A stretch of DNA of 51,107 bases from Octopus bimaculoides. Lineage: Eukaryota. The position numbers and the translations under genes were made by a program. This document shows, piece after piece, positions 1 through 12,160 of the stretch. The notes beneath the pieces are model-generated. The model did no database searches and had not been told where the DNA came from. It saw only the letters and a program-made list of their open reading frames with translations. The stretch covers positions 12,471,069-12,522,175 of the forward strand of contig NC_068990.1 in NCBI RefSeq assembly GCF_001194135.2, in the 5' to 3' direction. Numbering within the stretch: the first letter of the stretch is position 1; each line of letters opens with the position of its first letter.

Positions 1-400
1 GGCATCTCCAGACCTCTTTCTTTGCATCCTCATTTAATGCAAGCGTACCATCATCCATGCGAACACATTTCTCTCCTACAACATCACTATTCTCTCTCCT
101 ACACTGTCTTGCAACACGAAATACCTCGAGTCTTTGGTCCTCACGGCGCAGAACATTGGCAAATCTTTCCTTATCTGCTTCCCCTCTGGCTAAATAAACC
201 TGTCGCCTAGCCTCCCTTCTGGCACATTGGTACAATTCCCTACTACCACCGTTCTTCCAGTCCTTCCAAGCCTGTTTCTTTTGTCTAATAGCCCTGTCTA
301 CCTCCTTGTTCCACCACCACGTTACTCTGGGTCGGGAGGGGACCTTACACCAGCCACAAATCTGGTCGGTGGCTTTCAACAGGTTGTCCCGCAGAAATCT
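1..400 (-). mobile_element. RTE-clade LINE ORF fragment (linker between endonuclease and RT), continuing past the left edge of the window
   Basis: Manual minus-strand translation from 400 is stop-free for 133 codons: RFLRDNLLKATDQICGWCKVPSRPRVTWWWNKEVDRAIRQKKQAWKDWKNGGSRELYQCARREARRQVYLARGEADKERFANVLRREDQRLEVFRVARQCRRENSDVVGEKCVRMDDGTLALNEDAKKEVWRC. The WWWN-EV motif and the A-EKC(V)-DG segment are typical of RTE/L2-type ORFs. Confidence 0.85.
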
Positions 401-413
401 CATATATATATAT

Positions 414-683
414 AACGTTAAAAGCACCATCCGAATGTGAACGTTGCCAAGGCCGCTGATTGGCACCTGTGCCGGTAGCATATAGAAAGCACCATTCGAG
501 CGTGATCGTTGCCAGCGTCACCTTACTGGCACATGTTCCAGTGGCACGTGAAATGCAACATTCAAGTGTGGTCATTGCTGGAACCACCTGACTGGCCCTC
601 CTGCCCATAGCATGTAAAAAGCACCCACTACACTCTCGGAGTGGTTGGCGTTAGGAAGGGCATCCAGCTGTAGAAAGTTTGCT
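414..683 (+). mobile_element. RTE LINE 3' UTR fragment with ~60-bp repeat units, lacking the (GAT)n tail
   Basis: Ends in aaaagcacccactacactctcggagtggttggcgttaggaagggcatccagctgtagaaa, nearly identical to the 3' UTR of the RTE copies at 25921 and 30296. Repeat units of the type cgttgccag...actggc precede it. Confidence 0.75.
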
Positions 684-2782
684 GATTTGATTGACTGCTC
701 TGCACCTCCACTCAAATTTCTGTCCCTGTCCCTATGATAGAGATTATTATGGTATTAAAAAGTGTGGATGTGTGTGTGTGTAGTTAAACACATTATTTTT
801 TGTTGAAAATTTTCTAAATGCCCAGTCTTGTAGAGATTGTCACCAAACAGAAATGATTGATAGAAGAAAGCATTAGTGTTTTCTCCCTTTCATTAGAATG
901 TTTCTCACTTCCTTGAAAATGAATGTAAACAAAGTTAGTTTGATTTTTGTGATATTGTGCATTTCAGAACTAGTTGACTGAATACTGTCTCATGTGGTGC
1001 CATGTCTTACATGAAGTTATGAGTTAATAAAGCGAGAGAGAGAGAAAGAGGAAAAATAAATGTGATGTAATATGATACGCTAGTTAATGATATACCTATA
1101 TTTAATGACACAAAGAATGAAAAATAAGCCAAATGGGAATTCTTCAGATTCTTATTGAATACATATACATATTTGTGTATGTTAGATTATTGGAAAGTAG
1201 ATACTAGTCTCAACTTAATATTGGCTTGGTTGTAGCTAGAAATGGCATTCTTCCATGAAACATCTGCTGCAAATAGGTAAAACCTAGCCAACCAATGCCA
1301 TAAGGTAAGTATGGATCTATAAACGTGAGCATGTGTAGTTAGGCATTGCGAAATGTTTTATTAAAGAAATATATTCTTATATTTTCCAATATCAGATTTT
1401 TCAATAAAATATCATCTTCTCTATTTTCTTTCTGACTCTCTTATTTGTTTTCTTTATTCATTTATAGTTTTCTTGCTTTCATTTTTCTAAGGTCATTTAT
1501 TCATAATGAATTTTTTTTTTTTAATCTGAAATAGGTTTGTTTTTTTGCATTTTTCTTTTTCATCAAAGGAAAAAAGTCTCCTTTATAATTGTTCCAATTA
1601 TTGTATTCTGAAATTGAATATCAACATTGAATGAAGACTATTTCATAATTGAGATTTTGAAAATATCTTGGAATAACAATAAAATAAAGGACTTCTTGTT
1701 TATTTCCTATAAAACTAATTTCAGAGTTTTCATTTTGGCCTTTTAAAAAAATATTAATTCTAAATAACAACTATCTCCCATGTCCTCTACCCATGTAAAG
1801 AAAACATTTCTCAGTCCATATCTGATTTTAGTTGTGATAAAAATACAAAAACAAAATAGTGAAAGCTCACTCCGTCGGTATCCATTGCAGCATTTATCTT
1901 TATGTTATACAATTTTTTTTTTACAAGCTATTTCACATTAAATTTCAGGATATTTAATAATACAGACGATTCAAATATAATATGGTTCATAATTGCCAAT
2001 TCTACTCTATGGAAATCTTCCAATATATTTCAACAAAATTGGCTTTCTCAAATGTCTAATTTTCACAGGCATTATCACTAAAAGCGACAAGCTGGATCCA
2101 AATGATGAGTTGCTAAATATATTCCTTAGATTCAAACCAATATTCTGGAATGGTTGTAATTCAAGATATTTACACTTCAAATGTTATGTTCGTTCTATAC
2201 TATGTTATATCATCAGTTGGATAGTTCTGAAAATTCAGATATGTGCATAAATTGTCAGGGCCGCTATTTTATAGCACAATATCCTTATGTTAATTACTCA
2301 GTTAGAAAAGTAGAGGGGATGTCTGCTTTCATTCATAAAATTTGTTAAACCGTGTAATATAAAGATTGAAGAAGATTTCTCAGGGATGCCTTTTGCACAA
2401 AGAACATGTAGTTAGAGCTAACATAAAGGAGTGAACTCCCAAAACGATTAATTCTTAAGAAGATATACAAGACAACTGTGAAATTGGAATTTATTTTAAA
2501 TTAAGAGATCAGGTAACAGAGAGTGACTTTGAAATTTGACAGCTGTGGTGACCTTTCAGACAGCATTCTTGAGAATCTATTATCTAGGCTTTTGTCAAGA
2601 GATGACATGTGGCCTCATTCTCTATTGAAGTTGGTTGTCATGCCTTTCTAGTTAGATCATTGTGCTAGTTCCTTCAGAAGGTTGGTCTGGAGCCCAGACA
2701 AGTGAAGAAAGCCACAAAGAAGACAGGTAGGGCAGGTGAAACCAGCTGAAGGTGGCTGTGGTTGACAACAGACTGCAGGTGG

Positions 2783-2817
2783 AACCTGTATACTGAGCTT
2801 CACTCAGTATACAGGTT
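2783..2817. repeat. Perfect 15-bp inverted repeat (hairpin), 5-nt loop
   Basis: aacctgtatactgag-cttca-ctcagtatacaggtt; the arms are exact reverse complements. Confidence 0.9.
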
Positions 2818-3684
2818 AAGGGGTGAAATGCTTGTGATACTCAGATACCTGTTGATGAAATGTTTCTGACATTGTGATGGATTCAGAAGAGTTTGTAATT
2901 CCTTTGAGTATCTCCTGCAGATTCAGCATGAGACAAAGCATCTCTGATGTTTATTTCTCCCATTTATTTTGCCTGCATCACTATCAATAACATTATGTCT
3001 TGTTGTCTACACTAGCACGGTTTAAGCATTCTTAACTTGGGTAGTTGCACTCCTTTGAGCACACAGGGGCTAGTTAGTGTTAGTAGTGGTGCTTTGTATT
3101 TAGAAGGGTCGTGATTTTACTTAGTAATAAAATACATAAACTAAACAATACTTACATTGTAAAAACAAGTTCAAAAACATCTTTATCAAGATTAAAGTAT
3201 GTGAAAGATATTGTGTAATCAGTGAGCAGATCACATGACTGGTTATGTGCTAAGGCTGGTCTTATATAATTTCATTATGTAAATACTCAACATTTTTTTT
3301 GTAATTTCCATAAAAAATTTACCCACGTGGCATACTAGCCCATGTAAATATTTCAAAGAAGGTTGATACTGGTTGCTTAATGTCAACATACGTGGATAAT
3401 TAACTATCATACAAATATAGTATTCTATTATACTTGGAGATGGTTATATTATGCTGATTAAACATGTTTTATATATTTGGTCTTCACTTCAGCTTTATCA
3501 CTATTATTTTAGTTTCTTTCATCACACATCTTGTTACCTCTTCAGTGACTCTCTGTCCCACATGTCTCCTCTTGTTCTACTTATTCCATCCTGTTTTTTT
3601 TGTTTTGTTTTTTTGAAAAATATGGGGGGGGGGAGCTTGGTACATTCACTGAATGACATTTGTAAAATATCATTTGGTGAATGT

Positions 3685-3789
3685 GGCCTGAAGCTATAGT
3701 AAAAGACACTTACCCAAGGTGCCATACAGTGGGAATGAACCTGGAATCACGTGGTTGGGAATCAAGCTTCTTACCTCACAGTTACACCT
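3685..3789 (-). mobile_element. Degenerate 5' head of tRNA-derived SINE family A
   Basis: Reverse complement matches the head of the full copy at 46389 (gtggtaag...cttgggcaagtgtcttctactatagc). Confidence 0.7.
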
Positions 3790-3819
3790 ACACTTTCAAT
3801 ATTTTTTTTAGATACTCTG

Positions 3820-3992
3820 CTTTTGAAAATATTGAAATATTTAGTAAAATAATTCTTTATTAAGCTGGTTTTTGAAATATAAATCAACATGAAATTTTGG
3901 TTGAAAGTCTAAAATTTAGATCACTTTGAAAAAGCGAATTTGTGTCATAGAATGAGGACAGTTTCAGGTGGGGCTGGTAACAAAAGAGTTAA
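3820..3992 (+). mobile_element. Partial TTAA-bounded (piggyBac-like) MITE, family P1
   Basis: Aligns to 29805-30030 (ttagtaaaataa...aaattttg...aaaagagttaa) and ends in TTAA. Confidence 0.6.
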
Positions 3993-4419
3993 GTATGACT
4001 TCATCTGTTGTTTATTTGCAGAGATTAGGCTTTCATTTTCTTAACAATTACAAATATATTTATTTCCAACATTCTGTATCAAGGAAAAGTCTCATTGGTT
4101 ATCAAAATCTGGTAATCTATGTGCACTAGAAGACTCCTTTACATGAACACAGTGAACTGGGAAAATAATAGGATAAAAACAGCATTAGATACGTGGGCAA
4201 GAGAATGAGTGCTTTGTACATATATTATGAATGTAAGATAAATGGTGCATAAACATGTGCTGTGAGTTTGTGATAAAAGCTAATGTGATAATGGAAAATG
4301 AATGGTGAGATACCTTATTGAAAGCCCCTTTAAAGAATGGGAATGATAAAAAAAGAGGCGTTTTGAAATTTTTGTTTGTGTGTGTGTGGAGTAGAGTTGA
4401 TGATTGCACTTCTTTTCTT

Positions 4420-4550
4420 GACCACAAAAGGATGAAGTGCAAAATTGACTTTGGTCAGATTTGAACTCAGAACATAAAAAAATACATTAATGAGAGTGGG
4501 AGACATTTTGCTTGCTGTTCCATAGTTTTGCCAACGCCTTGTTCTTAAAA
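4420..4550 (-). mobile_element. Degenerate SINE family B
   Basis: aaaaggatgaagtgcaaaattgactttggtcagatttgaactcagaac resembles the family-B copy at 13352-13574. Confidence 0.6.
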
Positions 4551-5849
4551 GGATGATGATGATGATAATTTCTTTGTTTACTGATAATAATGGTTTATAA
4601 AAAAAGTTTCTGCTATAAAAATGCATAGACTCATATCAGAAAAATAAAAAAAAAAGAAAATACTTGTTCATACTAAAACATACACACATTTCTAAATTCT
4701 ATTTATAATCATTAATCAGTGATTAAGTCATTTAAAAATTTGTTCAATTCATGCAAGTCAGGATAAAAGGATTTTAAACTTTCAATGCTATTAATGGCGA
4801 GACTGAACTATGTAGCAGAAAATGTGATTGGAGAATAGATTTGGAAATTAGCTTACTACAACAATGACCTTAAAGGCCTGGAAGTTATGCTGTGTAATGT
4901 AATGGAATATAAACGCATGAAGTAGAATGATTATTTGAGGATTTTGTGGAAATTGTTGTAACATTGTTAGTGGTAACTTACTGGCTCAAGAACTGATCAT
5001 TTCAATCTCCCTATTGCTGTATAGGGGCAAAGTCTTTATTTCTCACTGTCTGAAAATAAGAATCATTACTATAGATAGATGAGTGTACTATAGAAATGGT
5101 TTGTTTACTTATGGTGCTAAGTTAAAACTCCCTCAGTGAGCCTGCAGGTGGTATTGAAGCCTTCTTAGCGTCATTTTTTTTTCAAGTCTTAATCTTCAGA
5201 AACCTTCAGAGTTGATGTAGATTTGTAAATTTTTCTAGAAAATCTTAATTTCTGGGGACACTCAGGGCTGATGTAAAAATTTGGTGAAATGCAATTTTGT
5301 TATTGCAGAGTGGAACATTATCAAAATAAATGCAAGTAAAAGTATTAGTGTAAGATAAATAAAAAAGGGAAACAAAAATCTGAAACCTAAATATAAGAAA
5401 TATTTTAAGAATAAGAAGTTAGGTGGGTGCAGTATAACAAAGGAAGATCACAAATAATGATCCAGTCTATGTTGCTAACTTCATTCTTTTTGAAGACAAA
5501 GATTATGAAGGAGCATTCAAATAAAATTATTTTTAAAGCTGCTTTTTTTTTTTCGTGTTTTTGTCACAGCAAATTCTTTGATTAGTCATGCAAGTAATTC
5601 TGATTCGGGAGATTAGATAAAATAAGTGCACAGATGCTAATGGAAATCAACTTAACATTCAAGTCCAATGAGTGGTTATTCTTTGTGAACTCAGAAGACT
5701 AAATTGTTAAAATACTTGATCTTCAGTAAATTTTAAAGAGACATTTGTGAAGCATTTCATTGTCAAATTTTCATTCATATAAAGATTTCATCTCCAAAGG
5801 AATTTGTTTTTTTGTTTTTTTTTTTCTTAAAGAAATAATCAAATGTTTT

Positions 5850-6190
5850 ATTGAGCAATTTCTTCATTGTTCGCTTGAAAAGACAGAAAACAGACACATT
5901 CCTTTTTGGCGAAGCCCTTATCAGTTTCTTCAAGTTCTACTTGGAGAGAAAGATAAGGATGGAGAGAGAGGTGCTACCTTCCAGTGACTGCTGAAACGTG
6001 GGTGAGAGTAAAGAGAATAATCACATTCTGAATATATGCCTGTAGATCAGAGAATGTAGTTAGGAGAGGGCACTTTCGCTTGGTAGTGCAGGATCTATGG
6101 GGTTCCTTGATTATCCCTAGATCACTGTTTCCTTATAGGAATATCTCATTTCATCCTTTTATATACTATTATTTTCTTTGCCTATTCGTT
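5850..6190 (+). mobile_element. Probable degenerate L1/Tx1-like LINE ORF2 C-terminus and 3' UTR
   Basis: One frame reads NFFIVRLKRQKTDTFLFGEALISFFKFYLERKIRMEREVLPS, which resembles Tx1-type ORF2 tails as I recall them. No search was run. Confidence 0.4.
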
Positions 6191-6373
6191 ACCAAGTTGG
6201 CACAAGCCCGCAACATTTTATTATTTTTCCTACATCACTTCAATGTTCCTTGAGTCCAACACTTGTGTGAAAAAATTTTCTTATTTTCAGCTCTTTGGGT
6301 TTTGAGTTTAAATCCCACCCAGGTCAACGTTTTTCATCCTTTTGGGCTTAATAAAATGAAATACCAGTCAAGT

Positions 6374-6664
6374 ACATTATTTACATTTGACGGATATTTG
6401 TCCTCATCTTGTTTGTTGATAGCACGATGTTTCGGCTGATATACCCTCCAGCCTTCATCAGATGTCTTGGGAAATTTTGAACCTGGATTCTCATTCCTAA
6501 GGTATTTTTCGACGTTATTATTACTATTATTATTATTCAGGTCACTGCCTGGAATCAAACTCATAATCTTGGAGTTAGTAGCCTGTGCTCTTAACCACTA
6601 CACCATATGCCCATGTAAATAATGTAAATAATGTACATGATTCCTCATCTCTTAAATATAGAAC
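6374..6664 (-). mobile_element. tRNA-headed short element with PLE-type hammerhead and inverted tail (family H), flanked by a 12-bp TSD
   Basis: TSD taccagtcaagt at 6362-6373 and 6665-6676. 73-nt tRNA-like head at 6612-6540 with A box TGGTGTAGTGG and B-box-like GAGTTTGATTCC. An (AAT)n linker follows. Hammerhead core CTGATGA-A-GGCTG/CAGCC-GAAAC at about 6461-6429. Terminal inverted tacattatttacat sequences. Confidence 0.8.
6421..6467 (-). ncRNA. Type I minimal hammerhead ribozyme motif
   Basis: Minus strand reads agacat-CTGATGA-A-GGCTG-gagggtatat-CAGCC-GAAAC-ATC-gtgct. The core is intact; helix III is ACAT rather than palindromic ACGT, consistent with CpG decay. Confidence 0.65.
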
Positions 6665-6816
6665 TACCAGTCAAGTTGTAGAGACAATGGTATCAATTAA
6701 CTCCCTGTCCTCAAAACTGTTGGCCTTTGACTTAGATTAAAAACCACTATCATCATCATCTTCGTCATCATAATCATCTTCATTATCATCATCATCACCA
6801 TCATCGTCATTATCAT

Positions 6817-7044
6817 GGTAGCAAGCTTGCAAAATCATCAGTGTTGGATAAAATGCTTAGCGACATTCTTTCCAGCTCTTGGACATTCTGAATTCAAATT
6901 TCTCAAGGGTTGATTTTGCCTTTCAACGTTTTTGATGGGGGGGGGGGCAATAAAATTAGTACCTGCTGAGCATTGGGGTCGATGTAATTGGTTTTTACCC
7001 CCCACCTTGAAATTGCTGGCCTTGTGCCAAAATTTGGAACCATT
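6817..7044 (+). mobile_element. SINE family B, old copy
   Basis: ttctgaattcaaatttctcaagggttgattttgcctttca...cattggggtcgatgtaatt...gctggccttgtgccaaaatttggaacc. Confidence 0.7.
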
Positions 7045-7059
7045 ATTATTTTCTTCAGG

Positions 7060-7290
7060 GTGGTGGGTTGGCAGGATAATTAAAGATTTAGACAAAACAC
7101 TTCACGGTATTTAGTTTTCACCTTTTCATGTTCTGAATTCATATTCTACTGAAATTTGACTTTGCTTTTCATCTGTCTGGGGTCAATCTACTGTCCATCT
7201 GTAGTCAAGTACTGGAGTTGAGGGTGTCAATTAACCCTCTTGTCCAATTTTCTGGCCTTGTGTTTATATTAAAAACAATTATCATCAATT
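7060..7290 (+). mobile_element. SINE family B, old copy tandem to the previous one
   Basis: gttctgaattcatattctactgaaatttgactttgcttttcatctgtctggggtcaat...ttttctggccttgtg. Confidence 0.65.
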
Positions 7291-8668
7291 TTGTTATTTC
7301 CCAATTTTTTAGTTTTATTTCTGTTTATATTTTATCAATGATTCTTTTTGCCACGATTCAAAAATCTCGTGTAGACTTTAATATTAAAAGATTATTCATC
7401 TCTGAAGACTAGGTTAATTAAATCTAATTAACAACAATCTCAGACAATTAGACAGCTATTGTCTTTTTCCAATATTCAAGAGTTTTGTCCAAATTTAGAA
7501 TAATTATCAATTTTCTTATAAATCTTAGAAGCAATTATTGTGGCATACAAATTGTTGTTATTGTTGTTGAGCCCCATATTAGCTCAGGCTGAATAGACAG
7601 ACCTATGTGGTATAAAATAAAATTATATAAGATATACTACAGTCTACATACATAGCTACTCTTTATGAAAAATGTGTTGCTGTGTGCCAATGTTAAAATT
7701 CATTATTTTAATAAAAATGAAAATAAAATGAAAAGTTTAGCATTGGGTTCATAATGTTTTTGACCTTGTGGCATTCTGGAGGTCAAATGAAGAAATATAT
7801 ACTGACATAATTTGCATAGAAGATTGAAATAAACATAGTCTCTTTTTCTGTTAAAAAGAATGGGAAATATATTAGAAAGTACTCAAAGCAAATGCCCATC
7901 TAATTAATTAATTAATTTATCATACATGTGTATTACAATATTATGAATTTCATTACATGTAGCTCTGATATGCACAACCATGGCTATGTGGTTAAGAAGG
8001 TTGATTTGCAATTACGTAGTTTCTAGTTCAATCCTGCTGTGCAGCATTTTGAACATGTGTCTTCTGTTGTGGTCCTAGGATAACCAATCTCTTTTATATA
8101 TCTATCACTACAATATCAAATGTGTCCCATTTTTCTAAAATCTAGGTATAATCTAATGATTTATTATATTTTCTTGCTGGCAAAAATAACTGTCGAGTAG
8201 TGGTGTTGAAACTTTGTAGCACTGTTTCACAAGGGACATCTAGATACATCAGAAAATTTTCAAAATAAATTGAGATCTTCAGGAAACCTAAAGTTATGTT
8301 TGGATGTCTTGTATAACTAGTGATTCAAAATTTTGTTAAACACAGATATGAAAAATAAAACACTGTATGCAATAGTCTTCTATATTTTATAAAATTAAAA
8401 AATTAAAAATATAATTTTACATAACATTCTATGCCAAGAGAACCAGCTTTTATAATTCTTTTTATTTAGTCTCAGAACACTGCAAAATCAATACAATTAA
8501 GAACTACAAATATAGAGACACCCACATTGGCTCATAACAAAAATTACGTCATATATGTAGCATTATTTTATGACTGTTAATGTATAAGTTTCAGTGGAGA
8601 TGTTTTGAAAATATTTACTACGTTGATATTGTGAAATAATAAATAAGTCTTCTTGAAGTTATTAAGAC

Positions 8669-8670
<2 letters not shown>

Positions 8671-8742
<72 letters not shown>
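8671..8742. repeat. Compound (TA)n(GA)n microsatellite
   Basis: Directly visible. Confidence 0.95.
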
Positions 8743-8747
<5 letters not shown>

Positions 8748-9097
8748 AATTTCTGTACATTTGATATTTTCAAGTGAACAATAGAAATAATGATACTGTT
8801 AGCAATTGTAATTACAAATATAGGTTTTATTAATTAAAAAATAAATAAATAAATAATAGGATTGTTTAGGAAGCAAACAAAGTAAAATTACACAGTTTAG
8901 CATGATTCTCATATTACCTGGAAGTCTCCCAAGCACGAAATACTTGAAACATTGTAAATATAGAACAGAAATATATAAAGAGACATTTATTTTTAATTCG
9001 TTATATATTATATCTACTTTTTCTCGCTGTTGGACTTCTAAATTTTTTCTTTTTACTGCAGAACAATAAATACTATGCTGTATTATTATTATTATTA

Positions 9098-9129
<32 letters not shown>

Positions 9130-10118
9130 TGTTTTGCCTGTATGACATAAATGTATCATAAGCCGTTGTAATGCAAATTGTTTTTGGCATGTGTATTTGA
9201 TGTATTATTCATAGCATCTCATAAGCAGAATATTCAGTAATCAAAGCTACATACACACACATACACACAACACATAAACATATATATGCATGAACTAATA
9301 TGGAATATTCTTGACTTCGATCCTCGTCTAATGCTATACATTTTATATTATAAGGTTTATACTTATGACATTTTGACTGTGGTACACTCCTGCTGTCTTT
9401 GATATTCATTTTGTAGTTGTTTCTCTTGGAGGCATCACACAGTATATTCTCTGCTGGAGATGGCAGACACAAACAACCATCCTCCTATTAATTCCTTTGA
9501 TCCCTTTAGAATTAGATTTCTTGCCAACAATTCTTCGACCATTCATTAATTATTGATATCGAACTCTATTTGGTCTTTTAGTGAAAGCTCGGCCTAAAGC
9601 CATTTACACTTAAAAGTTGAAAACTTTCAAACACATTATTCACCTTTAGAAACTTGAAGGTTTATTTCCAAGCCCTTTTAGATCACCAGTTTTCTATGAA
9701 TATCTATAGCCACCTGAATATATTATCAAGATTCATTTCATTTTATTTAGCCTTACAGAAGTATTGCCAAATCTTCATTCTTCATACACAGCCAAATCTC
9801 CATATACTTTTATTTGCAACGACATTAAAATGTTATGGCTCTAATACATCTTATTTGAACTATACACTTGTTCCTTTCTGATTTTTGGTATTAGCTTACT
9901 ACCAAGGTTGTCACCAGTATTTCCAAGTATTGTATATGATGTGTATTCCACTTTTTATTGATATTTATTCCCTGAGGAATATTGTATGAATTGAAATGTT
10001 GGTGTATTCATTGGGATTAAATTTAAACTACAAGCAAATATAGAAATATATTTCACTTTTTAACATGGATTGTGTTCTTTCTTGAATGAGTAGTCTTCTT
10101 AGTCTTTGAATTAATAGT

Positions 10119-10119
<1 letters not shown>

Positions 10120-10196
<77 letters not shown>
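10120..10196. repeat. (CA)n microsatellite
   Basis: Directly visible. Confidence 0.95.
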
Positions 10197-10198
<2 letters not shown>

Positions 10199-11109
10199 CA
10201 ACATATGTACAGCATAAGAACATATGGACCTGAAGCTGTGTGATGAAGTGCCACTCCAATGCAATTAACTGTACATATTGCCTTACTTTTGACATGGAAT
10301 CATTTACAGGCAATGACAATTGAAACAGTGGGACCAAAACAATTGTAACTAATTATAAAGTTGTGCTAAATTCATTCTTTGTCTTTACACACACACACAC
10401 TGAGAGGGAAGGATGGATAGATGATTTTTAGTCAAATAGGTATTTTTTGTTGGGGTCAGACACCAGGTTATCTCTCCTTGAGCAATCTACCTAGCGTCCT
10501 TTTTAAAAAGATAGCAGTGTGTTGTGTACGATTTGGCTGCTATTCCTAACAGGTTAAATGACTCTCTAGAGGCTCCACATTAACTTGTATATTCTGAACT
10601 AAATTTAGTGTGTGGTGAAAGTTTCAAAATGCATTTTTTCCTATTATATTTTCATATACTGCATATTTTTTTCCTATCATACCTTTATATATTATGCATT
10701 TTTTCTGTTATGAATTTCTATAATATCATACATATATTCAATAACATTAAGCATTTTAATGTGCTATTAGTGGATTAAGTTTTGAGTTCAATTCTCATCT
10801 TACACAATAATTATAATGTAAAATTTGTTAGGAATTCCTGAGTTTGAGTCTAGATATTTCATTTCCATTTCTTACCTGCCAGTCACTGGCAAAGAAATCA
10901 AAGGTTTGATTTATTGATTCAGTAGGTTAAGATAGTTTTCTTCACTTCTTAAGTAGTAGTATATGAGAAAAACTGAATTGCAGTTCAAATCAAATTGTTG
11001 CCTCAAATCAAATTTTCTTTGATCCTAGCATTTACTAATGCAGATTATATGAGGTATGTGTTAAGAAGTGCTGTAACAGTTAAAAAAATTGCAAATGAAT
11101 AGAATATAC

Positions 11110-11300
11110 AAAGATAAGAGAGGAATGATTTCAATGCGATCTGTTAGATGTGGAATGTTAACCTACAAGAAAAACATCAGCCAATGTATGGTGGTGAATT
11201 GGCTATGCTGGAATATAAGAATGAATATGCTAGAAAAAGGTGAAAGTTACAGTGGAGTTGATGATAGGAAGTACTTATGAAAAAGGGAGCTACATAGAAA
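11110..11300 (+). mobile_element. Possible ancient RTE LINE ORF C-terminal remnant
   Basis: A stop-riddled frame reads ERNDFNAIC*MWNVNLQEKH...RKR*KLQW, weakly matching the RTE motif ERND-SM-RWMCNV...RRLRW. Confidence 0.35.
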
Positions 11301-11759
11301 AGATTTAGCAAGAGTCACTTCATTGAAAACTGAGAACATTGCTTCTCATAAGTTAAATAATACACATTGGAGATAGAATGAGAATTGCTGTACCATAGAT
11401 CCATGGAACTTATTTCATGTATGGTAAAAACATGCATGTATATTATGAAGAGGATTTAGCTTAGGTTCCAGAATCGGTTCGTCACCACCGTTATCATTGT
11501 CGATGTTGTTGTCTTGGAGAAAATTATTAGAAAATAACTGTTATTACTGTTACTCACTACTATGGCAATATCTTACGATGTAGGAAAATTAAGAAAGAAA
11601 CATGGACTCTTAACTGACATCACTTCTCTGACCGATGACAATTGCATGACCTCTTTCTTTCAAACTCAGATAGACGAAATTTTAAAGCTGGAAATGGTCG
11701 TTAATACAATGAATAAGTAATGGCAAATGATTTTGGTTTTGGTGGAATGTTTAAGCAGA

Positions 11760-11811
<52 letters not shown>

Positions 11812-11979
11812 CATACAGAGTTATTTTGCATTTCATTTTTTTTTCTTTTGGACTCAATTTAACCATTTTGCTATATACTAAAAACACCATTTATTGCCAA
11901 ACTTTATCATGAAACATGAAATTCAGGAGCAACTTCCAATCAAAATATTAATAAACAAGAAGTAGAAATGTCTTTCCTT

Positions 11980-12160
11980 TTCTTCTTCTTCTTCTTCTTC
12001 TTCTTCTTCTTCTTCTTCTTCTTCTTCTTCTTCTTCTTCTTCTTCTTCTCCTCCTTCTTCTTCTTCTTCTTCTTCTTCTTCTTCTTCTTCTTCTTCTTCT
12101 TCTTCTTCTTCTTCTTCTTCTTCTTCTTCTTCTTCTTCTTCTTCTCCTTCTTCTTCTTCT
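11980..12160. repeat. (CTT)n microsatellite, about 60 units, two C-for-T interruptions
   Basis: Directly visible; it explains the poly-E and poly-F ORFs. Confidence 0.95.

Larger units (their letters stand above)
6290..6745 (+). mobile_element. SINE family B copy interrupted at 6373 by a younger insertion
   Basis: gagtttaaatcccacccaggtcaacgtttttcatccttttggg...aataccagtcaag resumes at 6665 with taccagtcaagttgtagagac...aaaactgttggcct. Confidence 0.65.

Noticed and set aside
1993-2250. ORF containing GIITKSDKLD, similar to a dynamin/GTPase TKxD motif
   Set aside because: Only a short motif matches; no G1 or G3 motif or partner exons were found.
6540-6612. Possible tRNA gene
   Set aside because: The acceptor stem is broken, and it sits inside a TSD-flanked element, so it is treated as a SINE head.
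10861-10900. Minus-strand 10-nt micro-exon candidate (ttgccag|tgactggcag|gtaaga)
   Set aside because: It is not frame-preserving, there is no host gene context, and it overlaps a small palindrome.
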